Shown here one piece after another: positions 22,756-33,713 of a stretch of DNA of 64,000 nt. The notes below the pieces were generated by a model, which saw nothing but the letters and a program-made list of their open reading frames with translations, was not told where the DNA came from and searched no databases. The first letter of the stretch is position 1; every line of letters begins with the position of its first letter. A program made the translations under genes and the position numbers. This stretch comes from Diplonema japonicum (lineage: Eukaryota > Protista > Euglenozoa: Diplonemea): NCBI GenBank assembly GCA_964019335.1, contig OZ025705.1:124001-188000 (forward strand), in the 5' to 3' direction.

Positions 22756-23388
22756 TCACCTTGTCGAGACCCTGCACAACATTACCCTCATGTTGAATTT
22801 TCGGAGCAGTTTCGCAGTCAGCGGTTTAAGGTCTAAGTACTGCGCTGAAGACTGGAAATTAACGACGAGCAGCCTGCAATCATACTGCAGTTCAGCGGAA
22901 ACAACCTCTATAGGATGCAAGGTGGGGCTCTGGGCCAGGATCGCCTTAACTGACGCACAGGCTAGGGACTCTGATTCAGTCAGGGATCCTTGCCAGAACC
23001 GAACTTCTTCGTTGGTTGCAGGTCTGATAATACGACAGTTTTCAGGTGGGGGATAGGCCATTGTCCTGACATTTATGGGTTCGCCCACTAGTACACCCAA
23101 GTCGTATCCTCGCTGCACTTCAACAAGAACGTGGAACCCAGCACCCGCGATCACGTTCCTGGCCCAGAATTCCTCAATCCTGCCGTGCTTCATTCTTACC
23201 TTTGACACAAACCCCTGGTCCTTTATCACCATCCCCACCTCGACCTCTGAGTCGGAACCGTCTAGAGAAGCTATGCTACTTGCACTACAGGATGTCCTCT
23301 GCTGAACCCCATTTGTACCAAAAGACTGGTTCTCAGCCGGTGCGACACCTTCGTCATATGCGTAAGGGTTGTGAGTAGTGCGTTGCAT
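22756..23388 (-). CDS. PSP1 C-terminal domain protein
   Basis: VLVEVQRGYDLG, RIIRPATNEE, EVVSAELQYDCRLLVVNFQS, LDLKPL..L..KFNMRV match the PSP1 pattern; start MQRTTHNPY at 23388. Confidence 0.8.
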   Translation of the reverse strand: MQRTTHNPYAYDEGVAPAENQSFGTNGVQQRTSCSASSIASLDGSDSEVEVGMVIKDQGFVSKVRMKHGRIEEFWARNVIAGAGFHVLVEVQRGYDLGVLVGEPINVRTMAYPPPENCRIIRPATNEEVRFWQGSLTESESLACASVKAILAQSPTLHPIEVVSAELQYDCRLLVVNFQSSAQYLDLKPLTAKLLRKFNMRVMLCRVSTR

Positions 23389-23389
23389 T

Positions 23390-23422
<33 letters not shown>

Positions 23423-23501
23423 TGAGATACGAAATTTCTTTTTTTCAAAAAAAAAAAAAAAGAGAAAAAAATCGGAAAAAAAAAAACTTTTTAAGAAAAA
23501 G

Positions 23502-23538
<37 letters not shown>

Positions 23539-24398
23539 TTTATGGCAAAGTGGGAATATAAAAATCTTCCCCTTTCTCCCCCTCCCCCCCACACACAGGA
23601 TGGAAAACATAGAGAAGAGTATAATAGAGGGGAAAAAAAGGGGGGCTAAATTCACTATGATTGAAAACGAAGTGGTTGTTAAAGAAAAAAAAAAGGAGGG
23701 GACCAGGGCGGACTAGTATTGGCACTAGTAGTGAGCAGATATGTTTACACCATTTTCTTTTTTTCTTCTGTCCTTTTCTTTTTTTCTTTTTTGATCCAAT
23801 ATATGTATATATAATCTGTAGCCCCCCCCCCCCCCCCCCCCCCCCTCTTTTTCCAGAATCGGCTGTTTTTTTTTTTTAACGGAGAGGTTTTTTTCTTTTT
23901 TTTTTAAAAAGCCATAAACCGCCCCATGTTTTGCCTTCTCACCACTTCCTCTTCAGACAGCAGCACAATGTTGTTTGTTCCTTTCACCATGTCCTCCCTG
24001 TTGACGAACGGGACTTTGGAACTGGCTCCTTTCAAGTGTCCATACTTTCCTTGGTGTCCTCTTTCGCTAAACTCTTTCGCCTCCCCTCCACAAAAAAACA
24101 AAAAAAAAGAGTATATTTCTGGCGTTTGTTTGCGTTTTTCTTTTTTTTTGTGTACGGGAAAGAAAAATCTTTTTTCTCACCCGCCCCCTCCCGGAAAAAA
24201 AAAATAAACAGTGATTTAAAAAAAATTGAGGGAGGAGGGAAAAGAATCAGTTTAAAAAAAAAAAAAAAAAAAAGCCGGGAAGGGGTGACAAAACCCCAAC
24301 GCCCGTAACAATTTTCTTTCCAACGAACAAAAAAAAAAAAAAAAAAAAAAAAAACACTGTGGGAGGGGAGGGGACGGGGGGAGTGTATCTGACACTAC

Positions 24399-25442
24399 TT
24401 ATTTCCCTCTTTCCAAATCATCCTCAGGAGGTGTCTCGCAAGCATTCTTTTTCTTAGCATCATGATAGGCCCGGTCGTGTATACTCGCGCTCGTGTATAG
24501 GAATATACCAGCAAAGGCCACCACGATACCCAACACACCCTGTTTCGTGGGGTACTGGTCGAAAATTATCGCACCGAGGATAATATTCGGGATTTTACAG
24601 GTGGCACCCACAACGGTGTAAGTGGTAGGTGTAGTTTCATGAAGGCAAAAGAGAGAAGAAACGCTTAGCAGTGCGCCTGCGACGGTGAACACGAACAGGC
24701 TGAGTTTCCCATCGTACTCCAAAGCGGAAACCTCCCTCACAAACCCGTCAAGCCCGCCGAAACAAAATGGAAGGAGCAACGGAAGCGAGAGCAAATTGTT
24801 ATAGTACATGGTGACCCAATGCCCGCCGTACTCCTTATGGTCCGAGAGAAATTTCTTCAGGTACAAATTGTACCCCGCTGTGAAGAGAATATTCAGCGTG
24901 GTCCACACCAATCCAGAGGTTGTGATCCACCTGTCAACACCTGTAGACAACACTGAACCCAAACCCATTAGGTAGAAAGCGAGGATGTGATCGCTGGATA
25001 GTTTTCTATCGTAAATATACACGTCGCCAATGGCTGTTAGGAACATAGCGCCGTTTTTAAGCAGGGTGTACATCGCCATGGACATGCTGGAGAGTGACAT
25101 TAGCGAAGTTCCGAGCATGGCAACGAAGATACATGATAGTGGGAGCCATCTTATCATGACCTTGGCGTCGAGGTCGATGATGTCGGCCATGCGTGTTCGT
25201 TTCATTGTGAACCCGAGCAGCGTGCCGGCAAGCGACTGCAGCATCAACAGCTGGACGGGACGAATCAGTTTGTACTTCGCTGTCATCATCTTGTTCATCA
25301 GAATCATCCCAACTGAACATATTGCGTACGTTACAATTGCTGTGACTGGGTACGCACCCCGATCGCCCATTGCTCCATTCGCCTGGCTCATGGAGTCGGA
25401 GGCTTCATCATCATCAAGTGTCTTCTTGTTCTCGCGGATCAT
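24399..25442 (-). CDS. Golgi nucleotide-sugar transporter (GDP-mannose transporter LPG2/VRG4/GONST-like)
   Basis: YAICSVGMILMNK, RWLPLS, YTLLKN, MYYNNLLSLP, TTPTTYTVVGATCKIP; multi-TM. Confidence 0.85.
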   Translation of the reverse strand: MIRENKKTLDDDEASDSMSQANGAMGDRGAYPVTAIVTYAICSVGMILMNKMMTAKYKLIRPVQLLMLQSLAGTLLGFTMKRTRMADIIDLDAKVMIRWLPLSCIFVAMLGTSLMSLSSMSMAMYTLLKNGAMFLTAIGDVYIYDRKLSSDHILAFYLMGLGSVLSTGVDRWITTSGLVWTTLNILFTAGYNLYLKKFLSDHKEYGGHWVTMYYNNLLSLPLLLPFCFGGLDGFVREVSALEYDGKLSLFVFTVAGALLSVSSLFCLHETTPTTYTVVGATCKIPNIILGAIIFDQYPTKQGVLGIVVAFAGIFLYTSASIHDRAYHDAKKKNACETPPEDDLERGK

Positions 25443-25592
25443 CTTGTGTGCATCCCCTTTATAAGGGGACGCTGTGTGCCGTGGTGAGGACGGGATTTTT
25501 CTTTAACCCCCCACCTTTTTTTTTTTCTTCTTTTTTTTTTTGTCCAAGTAGATTAATTATATAAAAAAAAAAAAAATTTTTTTTTTATTACT

Positions 25593-26279
25593 TTACTGTG
25601 TTTTCAGTGTTTCATATTTCTTTGAGTATTCTGCTCTTTTCGCCGCGCAGATGACTATCAAGCTGCTTGCTAGCAGTTTCCATTTCACCCAGATATGCTT
25701 TGAAACAAATTGTACCAAAGGCGGTTCGATGGCTGGGGAGTACGAAGCGTGGAGGAATGTTCCGTTTTCAATTAGCTCTGAAAGGAGCCAGACGGACGGA
25801 ACAACGGCAAATACCTTCAACGGCTCGTAGGGGAAGCTCCTGAGGAGACGCAGAGCTGTAATCGTGAACGATAGTGAAATGCAAACGACGGCGACGGTTT
25901 CCAAGATGAGGAACAACCTGTAAAGGGGCAACGCGGTTTGTCCGTATGCTGCCAAGTACACCGAAAGATCTTCTGGTGTATGCTCTGACGCGCTGTAGTC
26001 TAAAATGTGTCTCGACATGGACAGCAAAGGAATCCCCATTCGTGCCACTGTTGGTACCTCCCCTACAGCTTTTTTCGGGACCTCCCACGAGCACACCCAC
26101 GCCCCCCATGCACAACCACACCCTATACAAAATAGTACACACCCAAGCCACCACACGTCATCTTTCAAAACCCTCTCTTCCACGTCGTTCACAAGTCTGC
26201 GGCTGTCGCGTGGCTCGTGGTGCGGTGCTTTACGGTGGGTCGCCTTCCTTGCTTGCATTCTACTTATCTTCCCCCTCAT
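25593..26279 (-). CDS. multi-pass membrane hypothetical protein
   Basis: Open frame with ~4 hydrophobic segments and coding-like composition. Confidence 0.6.
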   Translation of the reverse strand: MRGKISRMQARKATHRKAPHHEPRDSRRLVNDVEERVLKDDVWWLGCVLFCIGCGCAWGAWVCSWEVPKKAVGEVPTVARMGIPLLSMSRHILDYSASEHTPEDLSVYLAAYGQTALPLYRLFLILETVAVVCISLSFTITALRLLRSFPYEPLKVFAVVPSVWLLSELIENGTFLHASYSPAIEPPLVQFVSKHIWVKWKLLASSLIVICAAKRAEYSKKYETLKTQ

Positions 26280-26404
26280 CGTCCCTTTCACCCCCTTTGA
26301 AAATGAGACAAATTGTGGGGAAAAAAAAAAGGGGGGAAATTCTTATTGTCAAAGAAAGACAGCAGCCTATCGTAAAAAAAAAGGGGGGGGTCTTTTTTGT
26401 GAAA

Positions 26405-26737
26405 TCACCAGCTGTCTGCCCACTCGTTTGCCTTGTATGTGTTGTATACAAAGCCTAGGGCAGAGATGATGGCCAGCACCCCGTTCGGCATGAAGGGGTG
26501 GCGGAGGGAGAGCCAACGCCTACTCATGAAGAAGCCAGTGGTGGCGGACACAGCGGAACCTACACAGTGCCCTGCGAAATCCTGTTGTTGGTTGATAAGC
26601 CCTGTACTGGTCGCCATCCCTACACCGGAGAGCATTCCTGCCGCCATAGAGGCGTTACACCCTGTTCTGTACGCGTTCCCCGCAGTTCCAAAGAACAGTG
26701 CCGCCAGGGTCATGCTCATGTGTGCACTTCCTCCCAT
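26405..26737 (-). CDS. TMEM14/FAX-like small membrane protein
   Basis: 110 aa, Gly-rich TM helices, RW...PFMPNG motif similar to the Tmemb_14 KFMPAG. Confidence 0.7.
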   Translation of the reverse strand: MGGSAHMSMTLAALFFGTAGNAYRTGCNASMAAGMLSGVGMATSTGLINQQQDFAGHCVGSAVSATTGFFMSRRWLSLRHPFMPNGVLAIISALGFVYNTYKANEWADSW

Positions 26738-26968
26738 ATTATTTTTCTCTCTCTCTCTCTTTTTTCTTTTTCTTTTTCCCCCCACGGCAGACCACCACTA
26801 AAAAAAAAAAAAAAAGGTTAACTTTTAAAAACATGCGTTGAAAGGGGCGGGGAGGGATGCTGGCAAAAAAACGGGGAAACGTTTCCGTTTCCTTAATTTT
26901 TTTTTTTTTGAGAAAAAAAGGCTAGATCTTTTTTTTGTTTTGTTTTCCCCACCTCGCACCCCCCCTCC

Positions 26969-27868
26969 TCAAAGTGTATACCCCAACCCATCTGCGATCT
27001 CTTTCACCCTTGTGTCGATTTCTCCATCGAGGTGGATATCTCTATCGGCGTCTTTGAATAGGCCAAGATCAAGACCGACCTTGTTGTTGTTGATGAGGAG
27101 CCTCGGGACATCGTCGCCTACCATATTCACAAGGGAGGCGAAGGGGTGGACGACAAGAGATGTCCCCATCACGATGAGCAGGTCACATCGCGGGAGGTGC
27201 TCCTTGACACCTTTAAAAAAAGTTGCAGGAAGATCCTCCCCGAAAAAAACGATGGTGGGCTTGATAATTCCGTCGCAAGGCGACGGACACCGCGGAATTT
27301 CACCCTTCATAACAGTCGGCTTGATGTCCTCAATGCTGTGCTTTGCACGGCATTGTGTGCAGAACGCCTTACGGAAATTTCCATGTGCTGGGATGCATTT
27401 TTCACCTGGTAAACCTGTTTGATCTTCTAACCCGTCTATATTCTGCGTAAAACACATTCTCAGTCTGCCATCGTCGTGTAATTTCTTGATGAACCAGTGT
27501 GCTTTAGTTGGTTCAAACCCGCCAGGCCAAAGTGCCTTTGCAACTGTGTAGAATGCTTCAGGTCGCTGCTGGAGATAGTCCAGTTCAAAAATCGCCTCGG
27601 GGTAGGGGAGTTGCAGCTCTTCAAGCCGTGAGTACAACCCCGTTCCCGGGCTTCTGAAATCGGGTATTCCCGCAGACGCGCTGATGCCGGCGCCGCATAA
27701 GATTACTATGTTTTTGAGATCGTTCTCTTTTATGTACTCCGCTACCGTTCCGACCGACCAGTCGGTTTTCTTTTTTTCCTCGCTTTCTTCAGCTGGCGGA
27801 GGGGTCGGCGGTTTTGCGGGTGTTGCACCGACCGACATCGCCTGCATCATCTTCGTTAACTTATTCAT
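26969..27868 (-). CDS. SIR2: NAD-dependent deacetylase, class I sirtuin (SIRT2/SIR2RP1-like)
   Basis: GAGISASAGIPDFRSPGTGLY, FTQNIDGLE, AHG..CTQC..CPSPC, KPTIVFFGE, GTSLVVHPFA. Confidence 0.95.
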   Translation of the reverse strand: MNKLTKMMQAMSVGATPAKPPTPPPAEESEEKKKTDWSVGTVAEYIKENDLKNIVILCGAGISASAGIPDFRSPGTGLYSRLEELQLPYPEAIFELDYLQQRPEAFYTVAKALWPGGFEPTKAHWFIKKLHDDGRLRMCFTQNIDGLEDQTGLPGEKCIPAHGNFRKAFCTQCRAKHSIEDIKPTVMKGEIPRCPSPCDGIIKPTIVFFGEDLPATFFKGVKEHLPRCDLLIVMGTSLVVHPFASLVNMVGDDVPRLLINNNKVGLDLGLFKDADRDIHLDGEIDTRVKEIADGLGYTL

Positions 27869-28525
27869 GGTTTCTCTTTTTTTTTTTTTTTTTTCCCCTT
27901 TTTTTGAAAAAATCTTTTTTTGCAACCATGCGGAAAAAAGCGTGGGGGGGGGGGGGGGGGGGGGGGCGGATATAACCTTGGTTCAAGAGCATCGTTTTGA
28001 TGTGAATACGGGGAACAAACAAAAAAAAAGGGGGAGGGGGGAAGAAAAAAAAATGGTGGGAACCAGGTGAAAAAAGGAAAAAAGAGAATAAAAAAAGGGG
28101 ACATGCGTCGTCAGCATAGGTGTGAGAAAGCCCGAGAATGAATGGTGTCTTTTTCCAACTTTTCTTCGGTCTCCAAGCACGCTTTTTTTTTGTCTGCGAC
28201 AGTGGGGGGAAAATATAGAGAGAAAATATATAAAAAAAAAAAGAGAAAAAAAGGAAACCGTGTAATTGGTTACAGAAGATTTCTTTGGCCGCTACGTTCC
28301 TTTTGCTTTTCTTCTTTTTTTTTTTATATAAAAACTTCCCCCCTCCCCCTCCCCTTTTGCTTTTTTTTTTTTTTTTTTTTTCCCTCTTCTTTTTTCTGCT
28401 CTCTCATCACCACTCCTCTATGTTTCACGCACACAACAAAAAAAAAAGAACTAGAAAAAGAAAAAAACAAGAATAAAAGAAGTATCCAACACTAATGTCT
28501 CTCTTAAAAAAAAAAAAGATTTTCT

Positions 28526-31273
28526 TTAGAGCGAAATTGCAGTAGCCCCTCTTGGAATAGAGAAATCACAAGAGTCGGTCTGCTCGCCACGTGTTTGGTA
28601 GCGCCCGGAGATGGAGTCCTTCACGACACCAAGGACAACCTTGACACACAGTTCAGGGGTGGCTGCAGTGAGAGGGAGATCTCCGTTTGGAGAGAGAAGG
28701 AGTGTGGGGATGAAGGGATGCGACACAGGAGCAGGGCACGGGGCAGACGAAACCCACAAGATGCAAGACAGGCCAGCACTCGCCATTCCAGTGAGAAGCT
28801 CTGTGGAGGACATGATGTCCTGTGTCTCCATCACATGAAATCCTTCCCGTCGGACACGCTCAGCGAAGGCGAGGGTGGGCCTCACCGAGCCTTTGTCGGT
28901 GTCCTGCAATGCTGCAAGCGTGAACCCTGCGTTCCCCAGCAGCTCCGAGTTGGCCATCACAACGACGCTCCCCCCGCACCCCACCACTGCTTGTGCAACC
29001 GCACCGCAGAGTGCGCCGTCCTCCTCCGACACTCCTTTGGACATGAAGCCTACCCTCAGCGGTACCTTCTCGCCATCTACACTGCCTACTTTCTCGAAGT
29101 GTGCTTTTATTTTCGCGCACACAGCATCGATCCCACCATCCAGCTGCACGGAGCCCCACCCTGCCTCCACATTCCTGTCCCCCTTCTCCCTTGTCGCTTC
29201 TAGTTGCGTCATAAACCAGTCGTTGTGAGTCTTCTCGCACCCATGCTCCAGCACGAACGCCTTTCGCACGTAAGGCGACCGCATGTGCCCCGTGAGGACA
29301 CGCGCCATTATGTTTTCCAACTGTTGCCCGCCACCGCCTCCGCAGCCTTCCGTGTGGACAAGGTTCTTGAACGGCTTTGCGGGATCGGCCTCGTTGAGCC
29401 TGTCGCAGGCGAGCTTGGCGATCTGACCGGAACAGAGGGACGTGGGGAGGACAAGGTTGATCTCTTTGAGATTGGTGGTGCGAACCCATTGAAGGTCAAG
29501 AGGCGCGGAGAGCGGTCTGCATGCCAAGGGCGCTGACTTTAGCTCCTCTTGGGCAAAGTTTGCCGACTCGGTGCTGATGGCAGACACATGCGACCCAACA
29601 TTCACAGCCCAGTCACGCCAAATGTGCACCTGTGAGTGCCCTGCCTCCTCGCCCTTCGACTTGGCGCCGGATGCGATGTTCAGCATCTTGTCAAGTGTCT
29701 GCTCGGACACCTCCTCCATTGTCTCGCGTTCGTTCAGCACACCCGCGTTCACATCCATGTCCTTCGACAAGATGGAGAAGCGCCCGCTCGTGGTAACGAA
29801 CTTCAGAGTCGGAACAAACGGGAAGTTCGTGATGGCCCCGTTCCCCGTCACGAAGAAGATCACGTTGGAGCCCGACGACACCTGCCCCGCTATGGACTCC
29901 AAGTCGTTCCCAGGCGAGTCCATGAAGTAGTACCCGTGCTCCTTGTCGGCGATCTTCTCTCCATATTGCAAGCAGCCGTCAAGCGTCACCTGCGGGGGTT
30001 TTTTCCTGCTGGCTCCGAGCGATTTGAGCACTATGTTGTACAGCCCCCTGTACAGGTTCCCTCCAGAGGGGTTCCCCGCCGCATCCTGTCCGTGGCGGCC
30101 TGCGTAGTCCATGTATGTCTTCGTGAGGTCCAAAAACTTCTGTGCCACCTGCATGTCCTTGCAGTTGTCGAGGATGTACGGTTCCGCACCCACGAGCTCA
30201 GGAGTCTCGGCAAGGACGGCGGACCCACCTGCTGTAACCACCATGTGCGACACGGACCCTACAAGGGGGTTTCCTGTGATACCAGAGAAAGCATCTGAAC
30301 CACCACACTGAAGGGCGACCTTGATGGCGGACAGTGGTTGAGAGGTACGGGGTGTCTTGTCCGCCTCTGGGAGCAGGGAGTCGAGGATGAGCGTGACGCA
30401 CCGTTGCAGGTCGTCCTCCCAGGAGGCGGTCTGGTGGATGACGTGGTGGGGGAGGGAGCTGAGGGAGGGCCCTGCCTCGTTCAACACGGCTTCGAAAGAG
30501 ACTTTTTTGTCGTCGTCGGGGTGCGTCACGAGGAGGGCACCGCCGATGTTGGCATGGGTGAGGAACCCACCCATGACGCGTGTGAGGAAGGTCGAGTTGT
30601 GCAGCACATTGCCACCACCTTCGTTGTGCGCCACACAGCATATCCCATCAACGTTGGCGAACTGCTGCAACCCTGTCGGGTGTCGCTTTCGGATCTCAGC
30701 GACAACGGCACGGGCGAACCTGGAGCTGTTCACCGTCACACCGAAGACGGCGATCATGTTTCGTGTCCCGACGCCACGCCCAGCGGGCCGGGAGTAACCC
30801 ATCCATGTCTTGGCCACGCCCTTGTATGTAGAACCCACAGCGGTTCCTGATTTGAATGTGCTTTCATTCAACTCGACAGCGGCGTCCAAAGAAGTGTCTG
30901 TGTCTTTGAAGTTCACGGTGGAGGGGAGCTCCCATGTCACGTCCCTTCTGCCTTGAAGGGCGTTGCGCATCAGTGAGTTCATGATGTAGTCGCCGGTGTT
31001 GAGAGTAGAGGTAGCAACGCCGAACGGTAGCTTCCACGATGTGAGTGCAACGCCTGGTTTGATCTGCTCAATGGCGAACCTGTGGCCTTCAAGTACCGTG
31101 TGGCTTAGCTTGTATGTAGCCTCCTGTCCCGCTATCCGGAACCTTGTGCCTTGTTCAAGCGTTCGCACTGCGATGGCGCAGTTGTCCCCGGGCTCTGCGA
31201 TGTTGGCGATGTCCAGAAGGTCGTGCAGCATCCCGTCATCATCCGCGATGTCTCTGTGCCCTCTTCTCGGCAT
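28526..31273 (-). CDS. altronate/galactarate dehydratase (UxaA/GarD family) with SAF domain and a partially duplicated C-terminal module
   Basis: PGDNCAIA..GHRFA..PFG (SAF), GYSRPAGRGVGTRN, LQCGGSDAFSGITGNP, LAETPELVGAE, GNPSGGN, second HTEGCG / LEHGCEKTHND block. Confidence 0.88.
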   Translation of the reverse strand: MPRRGHRDIADDDGMLHDLLDIANIAEPGDNCAIAVRTLEQGTRFRIAGQEATYKLSHTVLEGHRFAIEQIKPGVALTSWKLPFGVATSTLNTGDYIMNSLMRNALQGRRDVTWELPSTVNFKDTDTSLDAAVELNESTFKSGTAVGSTYKGVAKTWMGYSRPAGRGVGTRNMIAVFGVTVNSSRFARAVVAEIRKRHPTGLQQFANVDGICCVAHNEGGGNVLHNSTFLTRVMGGFLTHANIGGALLVTHPDDDKKVSFEAVLNEAGPSLSSLPHHVIHQTASWEDDLQRCVTLILDSLLPEADKTPRTSQPLSAIKVALQCGGSDAFSGITGNPLVGSVSHMVVTAGGSAVLAETPELVGAEPYILDNCKDMQVAQKFLDLTKTYMDYAGRHGQDAAGNPSGGNLYRGLYNIVLKSLGASRKKPPQVTLDGCLQYGEKIADKEHGYYFMDSPGNDLESIAGQVSSGSNVIFFVTGNGAITNFPFVPTLKFVTTSGRFSILSKDMDVNAGVLNERETMEEVSEQTLDKMLNIASGAKSKGEEAGHSQVHIWRDWAVNVGSHVSAISTESANFAQEELKSAPLACRPLSAPLDLQWVRTTNLKEINLVLPTSLCSGQIAKLACDRLNEADPAKPFKNLVHTEGCGGGGGQQLENIMARVLTGHMRSPYVRKAFVLEHGCEKTHNDWFMTQLEATREKGDRNVEAGWGSVQLDGGIDAVCAKIKAHFEKVGSVDGEKVPLRVGFMSKGVSEEDGALCGAVAQAVVGCGGSVVVMANSELLGNAGFTLAALQDTDKGSVRPTLAFAERVRREGFHVMETQDIMSSTELLTGMASAGLSCILWVSSAPCPAPVSHPFIPTLLLSPNGDLPLTAATPELCVKVVLGVVKDSISGRYQTRGEQTDSCDFSIPRGATAISL

Positions 31274-31588
31274 TTTCTTTTTTACTATTATTTTATTCCT
31301 TGGAGCGTCCCGTCCGACTGTAATGCTGGCTTTTTATTTTTTATTTTTAGGTGGGGGGAAAAAAAGAAAAGAGAGACAGAATACTATCAAGGGTGGATTA
31401 CATATTCCACCGCTCGACATTCGTACCTTTCGTGCCCATAATGGACCAGCTAGATGAATAGGGTGGAAGAAAGAGAAAGTCAGACCACATGTAAAAGTGA
31501 AAGAATCACTCCGATTGTGGTAGACAATGTTTGCATTCATATCTTTGTTTTTGTTTTTTCTTCTTCTTTTTCTTTTCCATTTCTTTCC

Positions 31589-31897
31589 TCAGAGCTTTGT
31601 CGCGACCACAGCCTTGATCTTCCCATCCTCTATGGTGAAGGTTTCCTTCGCCTTCAGTGTGAGGAGCAGCATCTTCGCCTTCATCGTGCGGGTGAACTGC
31701 TTCCCGTCGGCGGACGCTTCGGGCTCCGAATGCCCGTAGAAGTCAGGCATGTTACTCAGAAGCTGCTTCCTCAAGGCCCCCTTCCCATTCGCCTCAAACT
31801 TCGGGTTCTTGAAGTGCACGTCTTCCGTCATCAAGCTCAGCATCCCGTCAACGTCCTTCGACTTCGTGAACTTCGTGTACTGCGCGATAACCTCCAT
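31589..31897 (-). CDS. SnoaL/NTF2-like small protein, copy 1
   Basis: DVDGMLSLMTEDVHF..P...GKGALR...ETFTIEDGKIK; start at MEVIAQ by comparison with paralog 32852-33163 (an in-frame ATG at 31948 is also possible). Confidence 0.8.
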   Translation of the reverse strand: MEVIAQYTKFTKSKDVDGMLSLMTEDVHFKNPKFEANGKGALRKQLLSNMPDFYGHSEPEASADGKQFTRTMKAKMLLLTLKAKETFTIEDGKIKAVVATKL

Positions 31898-32256
31898 GTT
31901 TGCGATTGGTGTTTGTGGGGCTGCAGATGGGGGTGGGGGGGTTTGCATTTAAAGAATGCTTTGTTGCCCAAAAATAAAATAAATCAATAAAAGTAAAACC
32001 AGGGGGGGTAAGTACCTCACTCTTGCTTGTGACGAGGGGGACAGGGTGGGTGGGGGGTAGAAACTATATAAAAAGAGGGCTGCAAAAGCCGTAGCTGTTG
32101 CTATCCACTCTTTCTCTTGTTTCAAAAAAAATCAAAGATAAGTTTAAAGACGGGGGAAGAGGAGGGACTCTTTCCTCCTCGAAAAAAACAACTTTTTTAT
32201 CTACAATTGCGGGGGGGGGGGGGGGATAAAGAAAAAGGAAAGGGCACAGAGAGGGC

Positions 32257-32535
32257 TTATTTCCCAGGGAACTGAGCGTTCTTCTGCTGCTCAAGGAGTT
32301 CCTGGAACTTCTGCTTGAAGTGAGCGGAGTGGTCCCTCATCTTCTTGTTGAACTTGTCGGTGTGCTCCTTGATCATCTTCTCGAACTTGTCGTAGTGCTC
32401 CTTCATCTCAGGCGACAGGGTCGACTCGTCGGGCTTGTCCGCGAAGAACTTCTTGTTCTGCTCCTCCATCTTCTTGCTGAACTCGGCATCGAGGCGGTCG
32501 AGCTTGTCGCTGAACTCCTGGTACGTGGTGCACAT
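32257..32535 (-). CDS. KMP-11: kinetoplastid membrane protein 11, copy 1
   Basis: 92 aa MCTTYQEFSDKLDRLDAEFSKKMEEQNKKFFADKPDESTLSPEMKEHY...AQFPGK. Confidence 0.97.
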   Translation of the reverse strand: MCTTYQEFSDKLDRLDAEFSKKMEEQNKKFFADKPDESTLSPEMKEHYDKFEKMIKEHTDKFNKKMRDHSAHFKQKFQELLEQQKNAQFPGK

Positions 32536-32851
32536 CTTTTTTTCTTTTTTTTTTTTTAAAAGGTTGTTTGTGTTGTGTGGCCCTTTTGTTGTCTTATTTT
32601 GGAAAGAAGAACGATTCATAGAAAACACAAAATATAAACGGATTCATTTTTCCTTTCCTTCCCCCTTCCTGTCCCTGACGGCGCCAAAGGATATTCAACG
32701 GCCCCGAAGGTTCAGAAGGGGGAAAGGAGAAAAGGAGAGGGAGTGAAAGTTTAAAAAAAAAAAGGTAGAAGAATAAGAATTCAGGAAGATAGACAAGGGT
32801 GCGGGATAAAGAATCCGCGCAGGTAGATAGGGATATTTTTTTTCGGACCCC

Positions 32852-33163
32852 TCAGACCCTCTCCATAAGCATGGAGGTGACCTTCTTGTCGGCGACGGTG
32901 AAGGTCTGCCTCAGTTTCACGGTGACCACCATCGCCACTTTGAACTTCAGGGTGCGCGTGAACTTTCCTTCAGGGGTCTCCACCAGCTCCGTCTCCCCGT
33001 AGAACTCCGGCGGCGAGTCCTTGCTCATTTGCTTCTTCAGCGCTGCCTTCCCCTTCGTCTCCCATTTTGGGGTCTTGTAGTGCGCTTCCTCATCAACCAG
33101 GGCAAGCAGGCCCTCGAAGTCCCTCGCCTTGAACAGCTGGACATACTTGGTCACCACTTCCAT
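32852..33163 (-). CDS. SnoaL/NTF2-like small protein, diverged paralog
   Basis: Alignable to 31589-31897 (PKWETKGKAALKKQ, PEFYG, FTRTLK, TFTV). Confidence 0.8.
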   Translation of the reverse strand: MEVVTKYVQLFKARDFEGLLALVDEEAHYKTPKWETKGKAALKKQMSKDSPPEFYGETELVETPEGKFTRTLKFKVAMVVTVKLRQTFTVADKKVTSMLMERV

Positions 33164-33713
33164 TTTTTTTTTTTGAATGTAGAATATCCTGTGGAGAAAA
33201 TTTGGAAAAGGGAGGAGGAGGGAAATTCAGCAGAAAGAAAAGAGGGAGCAAAAAGAAAAAAACAGAAAAGATGGGGATTGGGGTGTAAAGAAAATGGGGG
33301 GGGGGGGAAAGAAGAAGAAAAAACTGTTTTTTTATATTTCTTATTGTACTTTGGCCCCCAAAGGTTAACTTTCCTTTCCTTTTCTTTTTTTGTTTCTTCT
33401 CTTCCCTCCGTGGGTATATTAAAAAAAAAAGGGGGAGGGGGAGCGAAAAAAACGTGTCTTTGAAGGGAACCTGCAGTATATAACAGGATCGCCTATAACG
33501 GCAATCACCTCATCTTAAAAAAAAAGGAAATGCACACATAAAATTCTCCAGGCACAGGTTAGGCTTGCCTTAATAAATTTCCCCCCCCCTCCTCTTTTAA
33601 ACTGCCAGAAAAAGAAAAGGAGAAATGCCCCCTCACTCACGCCCCCCCCCCCATCCCGTGTGTACGTACTGTAACAAATCCCCCCACCCCCCGTTCATTC
33701 CCCATATTACCCC

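Larger units (their letters stand above)
31385..32550. repeat. ~1.2-kb segmental duplication, copy 1 (SnoaL-like + KMP-11 + flanks)
   Basis: Direct repeat of ~60775-61970 (offset 29420); coding parts near-identical. Confidence 0.95.

Noticed and set aside
23904-24101. 65-aa minus-strand ORF
   Set aside because: No ATG context, no motif and no convincing splice partner; probably a decayed fragment.
32089-32110. 13-nt reverse match (GTTGCTATCCACT) to repeat family B, also at ~61518
   Set aside because: Too short to establish homology.
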